Below, in pieces: positions 1-9,897 of a stretch of DNA of 64,000 bases (positions within the stretch are counted from its first letter, which is position 1; the number at the start of each line of letters is the position of its first letter). A program made the position numbers and the translations under genes. The notes under the pieces were generated by a model, which worked only from the letters and a program-made list of their open reading frames with translations, searched no databases and had not been told where the DNA came from. The stretch comes from a candidate division WWE3 bacterium (GTDB lineage Bacteria; Patescibacteriota; WWE3; 2-01-FULL-39-13), in contig CALRDH010000003.1 of NCBI GenBank assembly GCA_943354835.1, forward strand, positions 12,939-76,938, given 5' to 3'.

Positions 1-1
1 T

Positions 2-175
2 TTTTAGAGTTCAAATACGTTGAGAATGGCTACGAAGAATTAGATGAAGATAAGCTACCGGTACTTCTAAACTTTAAATATCAGGCCATAGCGGATGCTG
101 TAAGAATTCTTGAAGGTGCGGAACGCATTAGAGATACATTTTTAGGATTCCGGAAAATTTTATACTCAGTTTGAT
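2..175 (+). CDS. Hypothetical protein, 5'-truncated by the window edge (C-terminal 57 aa, ends at TGA 173-175)
   Basis: Open frame from position 2 to the TGA at 173-175 (FLEFKYVENGYEELDEDKLPVLLNFKYQAIADAVRILEGAERIRDTFLGFRKILYSV*). Not in the ORF track because it lacks a start. No recognisable motif. Confidence 0.3.
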
Positions 176-184
176 TAAAATTAT

Positions 185-904
185 ATGCGAGTAAGACCTA
201 TTTTTATTATTAGTTTATCGGGTTCTATAATACTACTTATTTCTGTTTGTATTTTGAACATGCAAATAGATTTTGGTGACAGGATACAGATATTAATGGT
301 TATAGCTACATTCTTAGCTGTTCTAATAGCATTGTTTCAAGAAAATATTAAAAGATATTTTGATATTGTTAGATTAACATTAGAAATAAATCTGACGCCA
401 CCAGATTGCCATCAAATAGACATAACGAATGAGATTAATGGACAATTTATATGTAAATGTATATACCTAAGAATTAGAGTGACAAATATAGGTGACATTA
501 CTGCAAGGAATATAGAAATACTGGCCTCCAATCTATGGAGGATAGAAAACAACACAAGAACTATTGTAAAAACATTTTTACCGATGAACCTTAGATGGAG
601 CCATACCCACCCAACTCAAGTAACCATGCCAACTAAATCATTTCGTTTTTGCGATCTTGGACCTGTAAGACTACTTAATAACAATGTAATCTTAAAGTTC
701 GATATGGAAACACAGCCGAATCCAGTATCTGGTGGTGTTTATCCAAATATAATATTTCCAGGAAAGTACATTCTCGAAATACTACTAAGCGGGGAAAATG
801 TATATCCAGAAATTACTCATTGGGAAATAGCAATACCTGATAAATGGTCCAATGATGAAGACACAATGCTGAAAGAAATTAAAATTAAAAAAAATAACAA
901 ATAA
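185..904 (+). CDS. Hypothetical membrane protein (two N-terminal TM helices, soluble C-terminal domain)
   Basis: 239-aa ORF with hydrophobic N-terminus (IFIISLSGSIILLISVCIL ... LMVIATFLAVLIALF). No recognisable catalytic motif. Confidence 0.4.
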   Translation: MRVRPIFIISLSGSIILLISVCILNMQIDFGDRIQILMVIATFLAVLIALFQENIKRYFDIVRLTLEINLTPPDCHQIDITNEINGQFICKCIYLRIRVTNIGDITARNIEILASNLWRIENNTRTIVKTFLPMNLRWSHTHPTQVTMPTKSFRFCDLGPVRLLNNNVILKFDMETQPNPVSGGVYPNIIFPGKYILEILLSGENVYPEITHWEIAIPDKWSNDEDTMLKEIKIKKNNK

Positions 905-1101
905 TTCAGTATCAATTAGGAATTATAAATAAACTAGAGTTTTAACTTTACACGCAATGGGTAGCTATGTGAAATGTATTATTAGTTCAATGGTTATAGA
1001 TATAAACAAAACGCGATTGAGGCGATATAAATAGCAAAATAGTTAACAATAGTTTGGATATGGTGGTCTTAGTTTTCTGGGGTTTTAGTTAGGTAGCCTC
1101 T

Positions 1102-1656
1102 ATGTATATCAAAAAAAACGAAGTTAATGAAGCCGAGAAATTTATTGATTCAGAGTTTGATCGTCTTATAAGTTGGTTAATTGGTGATATAAAGAGATGT
1201 TGTAGACTTACTGAGGATGGAACGTGTGATACAGGCGGGGCACTAGTAGACGCTTTTATTTTGTGGATAGTTGCAATTGACTTTTTCGGGGGTATATTTA
1301 CAAACTGCGTATTGCAGGGGGAAACCAAAAGGAGGTTCAAGGAATTTGTAACGAAATATATGCCTCAATATGATTATGAAAAATTATTAGATTTGCGTTG
1401 GTCATTGTTGCATTTTTATACCACAAGACACTACGCATTTCATCAAAACAATGATATAGGAATGTGCAGGAAGGTCCATTTATCAAGCTCTAGTAATGGA
1501 GTAGTTCTTGATTTAAGCTGTGCCATTTCTGATTTAGAAAATGCGACGGAGAAATATAAGGCGGACTTACATAACTCTGGTGAGCTTAAAGTTCGCTTGT
1601 TTAGATATTTTAAAGTTACAAATCCATTAGTCCCAATTAAGTTCGAATACAGATAA
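1102..1656 (+). CDS. Hypothetical protein with Cys-rich N-terminal segment
   Basis: 184-aa ORF with 'KRCCRLTEDGTCDTGG' and a hydrophobic stretch 'FILWIVAIDFFGG'. No family recognised. Confidence 0.35.
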   Translation: MYIKKNEVNEAEKFIDSEFDRLISWLIGDIKRCCRLTEDGTCDTGGALVDAFILWIVAIDFFGGIFTNCVLQGETKRRFKEFVTKYMPQYDYEKLLDLRWSLLHFYTTRHYAFHQNNDIGMCRKVHLSSSSNGVVLDLSCAISDLENATEKYKADLHNSGELKVRLFRYFKVTNPLVPIKFEYR

Positions 1657-1695
1657 CCTTAAAGCAATATAAAAACGAGGTTAATGAAATAGAGT

Positions 1696-3072
1696 TTAAT
1701 CTATAATTTTTGAGATGCTGTTGTTTGGTTTTCTGATTAGAGGCAAAGTGAACCAAAATGTACTACCTTTACCGATACCTTCAGAATTTGCACCAACTTC
1801 ACCACCCATAGCTTCTACTAAAAGTTTAACTATGTATAGGCCAAGACCTGTGCCTCCTGCTTCTGCAACTCCCTGAAGAGAGTTTTCTAATCTTTCAAAT
1901 TTGTGGAAAAGCTTTTTCAAGCTATCTTTCTCAATACCTTTCCCAGTATCAGATATAGAGATTTTTATATATTTATCATCTATATTTTCTGCTTTGACAG
2001 AAACTTCTCCGCTATCAGTATACTTGATCGAGTTTCCGACTAAATTAGTAATAATCTCACGAAGTTTATCAATATCGCCATATACAACATCGTTGGCATG
2101 GCATAAAGTTAGATTAAGTTTAAGACCTTTTTGGTCAACGGCTAGTTTAAAATCTGCAAGTATTTCGTTTATCAGATTACAAATTTTTATCTCCTCTTTT
2201 TTCAATTCTAACTTTTTACCGCTTTCAATCTTTGATACGTCTAACATCTCATTTACTAGCTTAAGCATTCTTTCAGTAGCTTGGCTGGATCTATTTATAT
2301 AATTTTTCTGATTCTCATTCAAATCGCCTGTTTTAGGATTTATAAGCATCCATAAATTGCTTTTAATAATACTCATTGGAGTTCTCAGCTCGTGTGAAGC
2401 AACCGATATAAAATCATCTTTAACTTTATTTAATTGAATTAGGTTTTTATTAGTTTGAGCTAGCTGTAATTTTTGTTCCTGTAAATCAGAATATAGCTTG
2501 GAATTTTTAACTGCCAAAGCCACTAGATCCGTAAAATGCTGTAATAATAATTTCTCTTCATCCGAAACTTCATCTTCTCTTTTTGTCATTGAAAATATCA
2601 TTACGCCGATTGGCTTTTCGCTTACATTTAAAGGGTAGACCATACTGGCTTTTATTCCTGCATTTTTTTGAGATTCTAAAGCATTCTCTGGAGTAACCGG
2701 AGGTGTTAGGATATCAGGAAAGTATGTAGTGATTTGAGGTTTGTTATCAATGATGGCTTTAACACAGAGATTTTCAGTTGCAGTCATTGGTGTAGCTATA
2801 TCTTCAAAACGAAGATTAGAGACTTCACGGGTTTTTCTTGCTTCTTCAGTTTGTGATAAGGCTGTTCTTCTTAAGACTTGTTTTTCTTCATCCAGTAAAA
2901 CCAAAACTACAACCTTATATCCACGTTCTAAATAGTTAAGTTCCGTCAGAATGCTGTCTACAACTTTTTGTATAACTTCTGTGTAATCCAAAGTATTGAG
3001 GATAGTCTTTTCTAGCTTCCAAAGTGATTCTAATGTCTTTACCTCTAATGCTATTTGTTCATTGCCTGACAT
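1696..3072 (-). CDS. Sensor histidine kinase (N-terminal GAF-like sensor, then HisKA and HATPase_c)
   Basis: H-box 'SHELRTPMSII' and N/G boxes 'LVGNSIKYT', 'DTGKGI', 'GGTGLGLYIV'. The roughly 200-aa N-terminal region resembles a GAF-like sensor. Confidence 0.85.
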   Translation of the reverse strand: MSGNEQIALEVKTLESLWKLEKTILNTLDYTEVIQKVVDSILTELNYLERGYKVVVLVLLDEEKQVLRRTALSQTEEARKTREVSNLRFEDIATPMTATENLCVKAIIDNKPQITTYFPDILTPPVTPENALESQKNAGIKASMVYPLNVSEKPIGVMIFSMTKREDEVSDEEKLLLQHFTDLVALAVKNSKLYSDLQEQKLQLAQTNKNLIQLNKVKDDFISVASHELRTPMSIIKSNLWMLINPKTGDLNENQKNYINRSSQATERMLKLVNEMLDVSKIESGKKLELKKEEIKICNLINEILADFKLAVDQKGLKLNLTLCHANDVVYGDIDKLREIITNLVGNSIKYTDSGEVSVKAENIDDKYIKISISDTGKGIEKDSLKKLFHKFERLENSLQGVAEAGGTGLGLYIVKLLVEAMGGEVGANSEGIGKGSTFWFTLPLIRKPNNSISKIID

Positions 3073-3084
3073 ATGTTGATGCTA

Positions 3085-3855
3085 TCATATTACCTCAAGG
3101 GTTTGATCAATCATATCTGCACCACTTCCGTGTCTGACTTTTCTAACGCCTTCAAGATCGAAATCATAGATGCTATAAGATCCACCACCACCACTTGTCT
3201 CCCTATTTACCTGGACAAATAGCTTACTTGTTGCAGAAAGGTTGTTAGCATCTTTTCGCTTAGTAATACTAGGCTTTCCACTTATATTGTAGCTTGTAAT
3301 CAGTATTTCTCCTCTTCCATCTGGATGTTTATCTTTTAATCTTTCACGAAGAGTTTTCTCAAATTTATAAGCAACTGGATCTCCATCAAAGGTAAAAGCT
3401 TGTAGTTTATGTCCTGGGCCGATCATTGTTGCGTCTAGTCCTACATTCTGCTTTACTGGAAACCTTAGAAAACCTTTATTCCCAAACAGATTATTAATTA
3501 ATTCCGGATTCTTAAAGAATTTGTGAAGATCTGGATGAATCTTATTCAAATCTGCAACTGCACACATGGATTCTGCTTCCATTAGAACCGCGAATGGCTT
3601 TTCTTCAGGTCGATGCTTAACATTTCTAGTAAGATGAATTGCATCTGTGTTACGAGCATCAGCAATTAGGGCATAAACCTCACCCATACACACTGCAACA
3701 GGTTTACCTTCTATCACTACTTGCCTTACTACAAATTCAATAGAAACATCATCCTTGACCATATCAAACTCTAAATAGCCAGGAAACTCGCCTATACTAT
3801 CCACCGGTATGAAGTTGCTTGGTTCTTGTGTAGAATTTTGATCCACAATCAACAC
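3085..3855 (-). CDS. Divergent YrdC/Sua5-family protein (candidate L-threonylcarbamoyladenylate synthase TsaC-like, with insertions)
   Basis: 'GEVYALIADARN' aligns with YrdC 'TEAVFGVGCDP', 'KHRPEEKPFAVLM' with 'KQRPVDKGLILIA', and 'ITSYNISGKPS' with 'VSTSANLSGLPP'. Spacing is longer than canonical YrdC. tsaE and tsaD are in the same window. Confidence 0.45.
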   Translation of the reverse strand: MLIVDQNSTQEPSNFIPVDSIGEFPGYLEFDMVKDDVSIEFVVRQVVIEGKPVAVCMGEVYALIADARNTDAIHLTRNVKHRPEEKPFAVLMEAESMCAVADLNKIHPDLHKFFKNPELINNLFGNKGFLRFPVKQNVGLDATMIGPGHKLQAFTFDGDPVAYKFEKTLRERLKDKHPDGRGEILITSYNISGKPSITKRKDANNLSATSKLFVQVNRETSGGGGSYSIYDFDLEGVRKVRHGSGADMIDQTLEVI

Positions 3856-3945
3856 TCCTATTAATGGGAAAACTTAACACTACTCTCAAGTAAATGAGTA
3901 TAACTTATCTAAAAATGCTAGGCAATCTTAATATCTAGCTTAGGT

Positions 3946-4344
3946 TTACAAAGCTTTTAAGGCGGCTTCAGCACAAGCAACGTCTTGGCTTACGTCATGT
4001 GAGCCACCAACGCCTACCCCTCCTACTAAATTTCCGTTTTCCATAATAGGTAAACCACCTGCAATAGTTGTAAATGCTCCAGCTGATAGGTCTGAAACGC
4101 CATAGTACGGTTTTCCGGGTTCTGCATATTGAGCAATGCCTGCTGTTGGAAGTCCGATTGTTCCTGATGTATAAGCTTTAGGCCATGCAAATAACGGGCT
4201 AACAGATAATGCCCCATCCATACGGCTAGCCACGATTAGTAATCCCTTGTCATCTACCACATAGGTTGTAACAGTAACGCCCAATTCTTTTGCTTTTGCT
4301 TCTGAAGCTTCGATCATTTTTCTTGCTTTTTCAAGTGTAATCAT
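3946..4344 (-). CDS. GlcG/HbpS-like heme-binding protein (DUF336 family)
   Basis: 132-aa protein with a Gly-rich C-terminus ([37 protein letters not shown]) typical of GlcG/PduO-C DUF336. Confidence 0.7.
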   Translation of the reverse strand: MITLEKARKMIEASEAKAKELGVTVTTYVVDDKGLLIVASRMDGALSVSPLFAWPKAYTSGTIGLPTAGIAQYAEPGKPYYGVSDLSAGAFTTIAGGLPIMENGNLVGGVGVGGSHDVSQDVACAEAALKAL

Positions 4345-4611
4345 AATTTTAATTCACCACCTTTAAGTTCTTTTCAAAATTTCCACTTTTACTAACACAT
4401 CATTGTGTTTTTAAGCTTTATCTATAAAGATTATAGAATAAAGATGATTAGCTTACAAAGACTTATAATTCCGAAACATCATTTCGGTGGGTTCTAATTA
4501 AATTAGCCGGTTTTTTGGCGAGATCATCATTACTATGGGCCATATCATGTTATAATTCTATTAACGTTAATCAAGAGTTCGTATTAATTGAATGATTATT
4601 AGTTAATCAAT

Positions 4612-5781
4612 ATGCTTATTGAAAATTCACTTATTTCAGCTGACTCCATAAACAACTCACCTCCACTAGCCGAACCTACGCATTATTCATTAAATGGAGC
4701 CACACCCATACTAGAAATCATAGAACAGCAGGCTGTCAGACCACCTGGCGGTGATCACTATATCGGAGGTTTTTACTCCGCAATATCGGCATTAACAAGA
4801 GGAGGAAATAATCGGATTGTCGATCTTTTACAGCAAGTATACGAAATTAGACCAATGACTCCAGAACACCACACTAACCTATTATTTAGAGCAGTACAAT
4901 CAGTGTTTATGAAAGAACCTGGATACCCAAATAGATATACAACTTCTCAAAAATGGATACAGTCATTGATAGATTTGGTAAATGACGAAGAAATGTTCGA
5001 AGCTGTAAGAGAGGCCCTACTAACTAAAGACACTACTACAACAGTTTATCAGCGCTATGCAGGTGAAAGAGCTTTAATGACAGCAATAACCAGAGGGAAA
5101 CCTACTAAAGCCGTGGATTTAGGTTGTGGTGGGAATTATGGATTACCCGGAATGAGCATAGGAGAAGAATTTAAACCAATCAACGATAATACTCCCAACC
5201 ATATTCTGAATCGCTTACTATCTGATCCATTTTCATTAGAAGAAGGGCTTGCTATTGATAGAGAAGACCCATATAACTTAGACGCTATTAACTGGAGACA
5301 TTCATGTGGTTTCTATCCTACCGAGCTTGAGAGTGGAGGACTTCAAGAAGTTTTAGTATTAGAAGAAAGATTATCCGTAGATAAAGCAGTTAGGTTTTAC
5401 CAAGGTGATCTACTCGCATTACCAATAGGAAGTGAACTATCAGAGGCTTATTATGATTTTGTGTTAATAAATACAATGCTTTATCAATTACAATCGGAGC
5501 TTCAGGCTAAAGTTATCCAAAATGCACGTAAATTATTAAAACCAAATGGTAAGCTTTTCATACAAGACTTTGCATTCAAAGATACAAGCAGTACAACTAA
5601 ACTTTGCTTTGAAGGCGTTGAATGGGGAGTAAAAGGAAACTACAGATTATTTGCAACTGGTGCATCTAATGATGATGAAATGTTCGAGGTTTTTAAATGG
5701 AATAACGGTCGTTGCCGACAAGTTGCAGAAGGGGAAGATTTCCAACGATTTTTTAGTTCTATCGGATATAACCTCAACTAG
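4612..5781 (+). CDS. Hypothetical protein with class-I SAM-methyltransferase-like motifs
   Basis: 'KAVDLGCGGNYG' resembles motif I and 'LLKPNGKLFIQDF' resembles the post-I motif. Otherwise unrecognised, 389 aa. Confidence 0.35.
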   Translation: MLIENSLISADSINNSPPLAEPTHYSLNGATPILEIIEQQAVRPPGGDHYIGGFYSAISALTRGGNNRIVDLLQQVYEIRPMTPEHHTNLLFRAVQSVFMKEPGYPNRYTTSQKWIQSLIDLVNDEEMFEAVREALLTKDTTTTVYQRYAGERALMTAITRGKPTKAVDLGCGGNYGLPGMSIGEEFKPINDNTPNHILNRLLSDPFSLEEGLAIDREDPYNLDAINWRHSCGFYPTELESGGLQEVLVLEERLSVDKAVRFYQGDLLALPIGSELSEAYYDFVLINTMLYQLQSELQAKVIQNARKLLKPNGKLFIQDFAFKDTSSTTKLCFEGVEWGVKGNYRLFATGASNDDEMFEVFKWNNGRCRQVAEGEDFQRFFSSIGYNLN

Positions 5782-5845
5782 GTTAGTGTTTTACTGGCGT
5801 AATGCATAAGCATTTTTCCCTTGTTTCCATGATAAACTATCGCCA

Positions 5846-6352
5846 ATGAAATTCAGCACATACTTTGTCAAAGATAAGTATATAAGTGCAAAAACGGTTT
5901 TTGTACCGAGCAATTCGTTTCCGTTTGGAATTCCGATAACCACTCCATTCACTTTTCCTATTTATCAGCACAAGTACCTTTTAGCTCTAGACAAAAATAA
6001 CTGGTGGAATCCACTTGGCGGGCATATGAATGAAAGTGAAGACTGGATAAGTTGTGTAAAACGCGAAGCATTGGAAGAAGGCGGGGTGGTGATAGATAAC
6101 GTAGAAATGTTTGGTTATGTTCTATCTGAAATAATTTTTGACGAGTATAATAAATACCCAACAAAGGGCATTTTGCCAATTACGCATTCACGAGTAAAGA
6201 TGTATAAAGAAAATTGGCAAAAGTTTGAAACGAAAGACAGAAAACTTTTTACAGCTGACGAAGCAAAAGGTGCTTTGCTAAAAAGAGATGATAATAAACA
6301 AATGTATGAGGTTTTTGAATATTTAGAAAAATTATTAAAATTGTATGTATAA
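5846..6352 (+). CDS. Nudix hydrolase
   Basis: Nudix box 'GGHMNESEDWISCVKREALEEGGVV' (GX5EX7REUXEEXGU). Confidence 0.6.
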   Translation: MKFSTYFVKDKYISAKTVFVPSNSFPFGIPITTPFTFPIYQHKYLLALDKNNWWNPLGGHMNESEDWISCVKREALEEGGVVIDNVEMFGYVLSEIIFDEYNKYPTKGILPITHSRVKMYKENWQKFETKDRKLFTADEAKGALLKRDDNKQMYEVFEYLEKLLKLYV

Positions 6353-7919
6353 ATATTTTTGCAGAATTCCAAATAAAAAAGAGAGAATAAAAATCATTCG
6401 TGTTCTTTCTCTTGAGCTAGGGATACCGGAAATAAAAAGGAAGTTAAGTGTTTATGCTTATCATCCTAATGGAGATGAGGCACATATCTCTTTTGAAGAT
6501 AAGAACATATTTTTGAAATTTTCTTTAAAGAAGAATGAGAAAGAAGCAAAAAGCCCAAATGATAAAATTGAACTAAAAAACAAAAATGTTAAACTTATCT
6601 TTAAGTACATTGCTAGTTTAGGTTTTGAATCTGCGGTTATCGGGAAAATAATAAGGCTAAAGTTTACACATGAACAATATGGAAATACGACCTTTAGTTA
6701 CGATACTTTTATCGGAGATATATTAAATGTTGAAACTGTAGATAAAAACCTTTTTAAAAAGGTTGATAATCTTTTAAAGGCCCTTGGACATACGCTAATA
6801 AATAGTGAAGACAGGTCAACTTTAACGAAAGAAGTTGATAAAAGTTTAGAGCCGATAATAGATAAATACGGTGTGCTAAACTTCAAAATTACTGAATACG
6901 GTGATTCGGTTGCATTGGACTTAAAATCAAGTTCGGATTCGATTTCATCCAGAATCGGGAATTTTTCAAATGATTATTCATTTCATGAAAAGCCGTACTC
7001 GGATGTTGTAGACAAAGAATTACTTTCCACAGACAGCATCGCTGAGAAAAAACTTTTCACTCCGGTTTCCGTTGTTATTCCTTCTTATAACTCTGGCGAG
7101 ACTGTAGGGAAAACACTTCTATCTATAAACTCTCAAGATTTAACGGATGACCAGATGAAAATGGTAGATGTAATTGTCGTTGATGATGGATCTAAAGTAG
7201 CAGTCAAGGAATCGATCTCACATATTTTTGGAAAATTAAGATTTAAATGTACCGTGATTAGGTTAGAGCAAAATTTGGGGCTTTCTAGCGCTCGTAACAT
7301 AGGAATAAGTGCGTCGGCTGCTCAAAATATAATTTTTATTGATTCGGATGTATTACTTAGCAAAAACTATTTGCGGGAGCATGCTGTTAGGTTAAGTCTA
7401 ATACCGAATGCGGTGTTTGTAAGCTTTAAAAAAAATATTGAGAAAACTGATTCGATAGCAAAGGACTTAATTATTCAAAATGGGCTTGAGGTCCCTGATA
7501 CGTTTAATGATTTAAGGGTTCAGAGACTTATTAATAAGGATAGCCTTGGGTTAAAAGATGTTTTGGAGGATACGTATGTAGAGATATTATGTGATTCTGA
7601 CTATTTCAAAAAATTTGGATACGGAAGATTCATAGGGATATATGATCTTCCAGCCATGGTCATTGGACATAATTTTAGTTTGAGACGAAAAATAGTAGAA
7701 GATACTAATTATTTTTCAAAAAACTTTGTTGGATGGGGACTTGAAGATACATACTTTGGTGCACGTGTGATTGCAAATGGGAATTTTGTTATACCCATTA
7801 TATCAACTGGTGTTTATCATATAAATCATGCTCCACGTTCAGGTTCTGAAGAAAAAAAACACCAAGAACTTATCAAAAACTTATCCACGTATCAACATCT
7901 ATTAAAAAGAGAGTTATGA
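6345..7919 (+). CDS. Family 2 glycosyltransferase (GT-A fold) with a roughly 230-aa N-terminal extension
   Basis: 'VSVVIPSYNSGETVGKTLLSINSQ ... VDVIVVDDGS ... LGLSSARNIGI' gives GT2 DxD and substrate-binding motifs. Overlaps the upstream Nudix gene by 8 nt. Confidence 0.7.
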   Translation: MYKYFCRIPNKKERIKIIRVLSLELGIPEIKRKLSVYAYHPNGDEAHISFEDKNIFLKFSLKKNEKEAKSPNDKIELKNKNVKLIFKYIASLGFESAVIGKIIRLKFTHEQYGNTTFSYDTFIGDILNVETVDKNLFKKVDNLLKALGHTLINSEDRSTLTKEVDKSLEPIIDKYGVLNFKITEYGDSVALDLKSSSDSISSRIGNFSNDYSFHEKPYSDVVDKELLSTDSIAEKKLFTPVSVVIPSYNSGETVGKTLLSINSQDLTDDQMKMVDVIVVDDGSKVAVKESISHIFGKLRFKCTVIRLEQNLGLSSARNIGISASAAQNIIFIDSDVLLSKNYLREHAVRLSLIPNAVFVSFKKNIEKTDSIAKDLIIQNGLEVPDTFNDLRVQRLINKDSLGLKDVLEDTYVEILCDSDYFKKFGYGRFIGIYDLPAMVIGHNFSLRRKIVEDTNYFSKNFVGWGLEDTYFGARVIANGNFVIPIISTGVYHINHAPRSGSEEKKHQELIKNLSTYQHLLKREL

Positions 7920-7929
7920 GAAAAACACA

Positions 7930-9045
7930 ATGAAAATTGCAATTTATATACCAACGGCAAGCTTTTTTGTTGGCGGTGGGGAAGTAGTACCTTTGATGCA
8001 AGCCCAATATTTAAAGAATCTTGTAGACAGTGTAGATCTTATAACTCTTAAAACAGAAAAAAGAACCGATATATTTAATACATTTATAAAAAAGAATCCA
8101 GAAATAAACATTATATATGTTGACACACCTAGGAATTTTGAACAATTTGATAGAAAAGAGGTAACTCATAAACTAGGTCATGAAATGTATTTAGCCCTAT
8201 CAAGAGATCTTCAGGACATATTTTTCAAAAATAAATATGACTTTGTAATCACGCACTATGCACCTGCCGTGTTTTCGATTCCTGCAAATACGTACCAGGT
8301 TTTACTTCTTCATGGTGTACCAAAAGAAGCTGAGCAAATTAATCAAATAGCAGTAAATTCTGCAGACATGTTAATAGCCGTAAGTGAGTCAGTTAAGGAA
8401 GGATGGGAGAAACTTTTTACTATAAATAATGAAATAAATGTAATCCATAACGGTGTTGATACAAGAAGATTTGCTCCAGCTAACATTGAACAGGATATTG
8501 ATATTTTGTATGTTGGCAGACTAATTGAAATTAAAGGGGTACAGCATTTGATAAAAGCGATTCATTTGTTATCTAAAAAGCATAAGCTAAATATTTTAAT
8601 TGGTGGCGAGGGGCCTTATAAAGAATATCTGATGAGTGAAGTCAGGAACTTTGGGCTAGAAGATGCCGTTAAATTTGGGGGGTATATACCAGATGATGAA
8701 TTGTTAAATGTATATCAAAGAAGCAAGGTATGCATTTTCCCTTCGTATGAAAAGGAGGGCGTATTAACAACATTACTTGAAGCCTCATCTTGCGGAAAAG
8801 CTGTAATAACAAGTAACTGTTGTGGCATGATAGATTTAGTGAAAGATAATTATAATGGTCTTTTATTTGAGCCTAGAAATTATAAAGATTTGGCCGATAA
8901 GATAGAAAAAGTATATCTATCAAGTGAATTAAGAAACTTTCTAGGAAATAATGCTCGTAATGAGGTTGTTAAAAGCTGGAGCTGGGAAAAATCTGCATCT
9001 AGTCTACTGGATATAATTAATAAAAATTTCTATGCTACAAATTAA
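7930..9045 (+). CDS. Family 4 (GT-B) glycosyltransferase
   Basis: C-terminal 'KEGVLTTLLEASSCGKAVITSNCCGMIDLVKDNYNGLLFEP' matches the GT4 E-x7-E region. Rossmann-like N-terminal half. Confidence 0.75.
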   Translation: MKIAIYIPTASFFVGGGEVVPLMQAQYLKNLVDSVDLITLKTEKRTDIFNTFIKKNPEINIIYVDTPRNFEQFDRKEVTHKLGHEMYLALSRDLQDIFFKNKYDFVITHYAPAVFSIPANTYQVLLLHGVPKEAEQINQIAVNSADMLIAVSESVKEGWEKLFTINNEINVIHNGVDTRRFAPANIEQDIDILYVGRLIEIKGVQHLIKAIHLLSKKHKLNILIGGEGPYKEYLMSEVRNFGLEDAVKFGGYIPDDELLNVYQRSKVCIFPSYEKEGVLTTLLEASSCGKAVITSNCCGMIDLVKDNYNGLLFEPRNYKDLADKIEKVYLSSELRNFLGNNARNEVVKSWSWEKSASSLLDIINKNFYATN

Positions 9046-9895
9046 TTCAGCAAAACAAAAGATAATACTTGATGCGAGTGAACGTATCATTAACGATTTT
9101 GTTAAACTCGATTTTGTAAAAGAATATATACCATGTATAAGTTTTTCTGCTATCAACGATAATATTGGGAATGTATTTACCTTCAACTTAATAGATGATA
9201 AAGAGGTTGGGTTCATTTTTTCAGAAAAAGGTGCTGTACTAAAGTATCCGCATAAAGAACTGGGATTGATGAATGACTTGGTTACAGTAATTGATTATTG
9301 TTTTGAGTATATAAGGAACATCGAGGATATTCATTGTGTTCACGGAAGTTCCTCTGCATTTGGAAATAAAGGAGTTGTGCTTATTGGTGCAGCAAGTGGA
9401 ATTGGAAAAAGCACAGTAAATTATCATCTAATCAAAAATGGTTTTACTTTTGTGAGCGATGAAAAAACATTGATTGATGGTAAAAACATAATCGGGGGTA
9501 ACACAAAGATTTCCTTTAACAAAGATTTAATAAAGAAGAATCATGATCAGGAATTAATTAATACTTTAATAAAAAGGTCTAATTTTATTGCAGATATACC
9601 AATAAAGCTTTTTGTTCAACCAGTAACAAATAAAAACGGTGATTTATATATTGATAAATGGGAACCTTTAAAGGCAGAATTTCACGTCTATGAAGAGTTA
9701 AGTAGAAAGATTCGAGGGATATCAAGAAGAATCTATAAATTCACATATCCACTTAATTCTATAGATACTCAATCACTCGCTGATGCAAGATCGATTAAGG
9801 CGAAGAGGATTTCAACAGAGATCCCTTTTTATGCTATTTATGGAGATCCGGAAGATGTTGCTGGTGAAATAGTGAATATATTAAGGAACTTGTAA
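9032..9895 (+). CDS. HPr kinase C-terminal-domain-like P-loop protein (putative Ser kinase)
   Basis: 'VHGSSSAFGNKGVVLIGAASGIGKSTVNYHLIKNGFTFVSDEKTLID' parallels the HprK core 'hHGs...G.GvLl.G.SG.GKS...L...G..lvsDD'. Confidence 0.45.
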   Translation: MLQINSAKQKIILDASERIINDFVKLDFVKEYIPCISFSAINDNIGNVFTFNLIDDKEVGFIFSEKGAVLKYPHKELGLMNDLVTVIDYCFEYIRNIEDIHCVHGSSSAFGNKGVVLIGAASGIGKSTVNYHLIKNGFTFVSDEKTLIDGKNIIGGNTKISFNKDLIKKNHDQELINTLIKRSNFIADIPIKLFVQPVTNKNGDLYIDKWEPLKAEFHVYEELSRKIRGISRRIYKFTYPLNSIDTQSLADARSIKAKRISTEIPFYAIYGDPEDVAGEIVNILRNL

Positions 9896-9897
9896 CT

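Noticed and set aside
1901-2302. Antisense ORFs inside well-supported genes (e.g. 1901-2302, 27768-28079, 40982-41542, 50561-50965, 54188-54592)
   Set aside because: They lie opposite strong homolog-bearing genes, have low-complexity or Ser/Leu/Phe-rich composition typical of AT-rich antisense frames, and show no motifs.
4471-4487. Hairpin CCGAAAcatcaTTTCGG as a terminator
   Set aside because: Short 6-bp stem with no following U-tract on either strand. It is not convincing as an intrinsic terminator.
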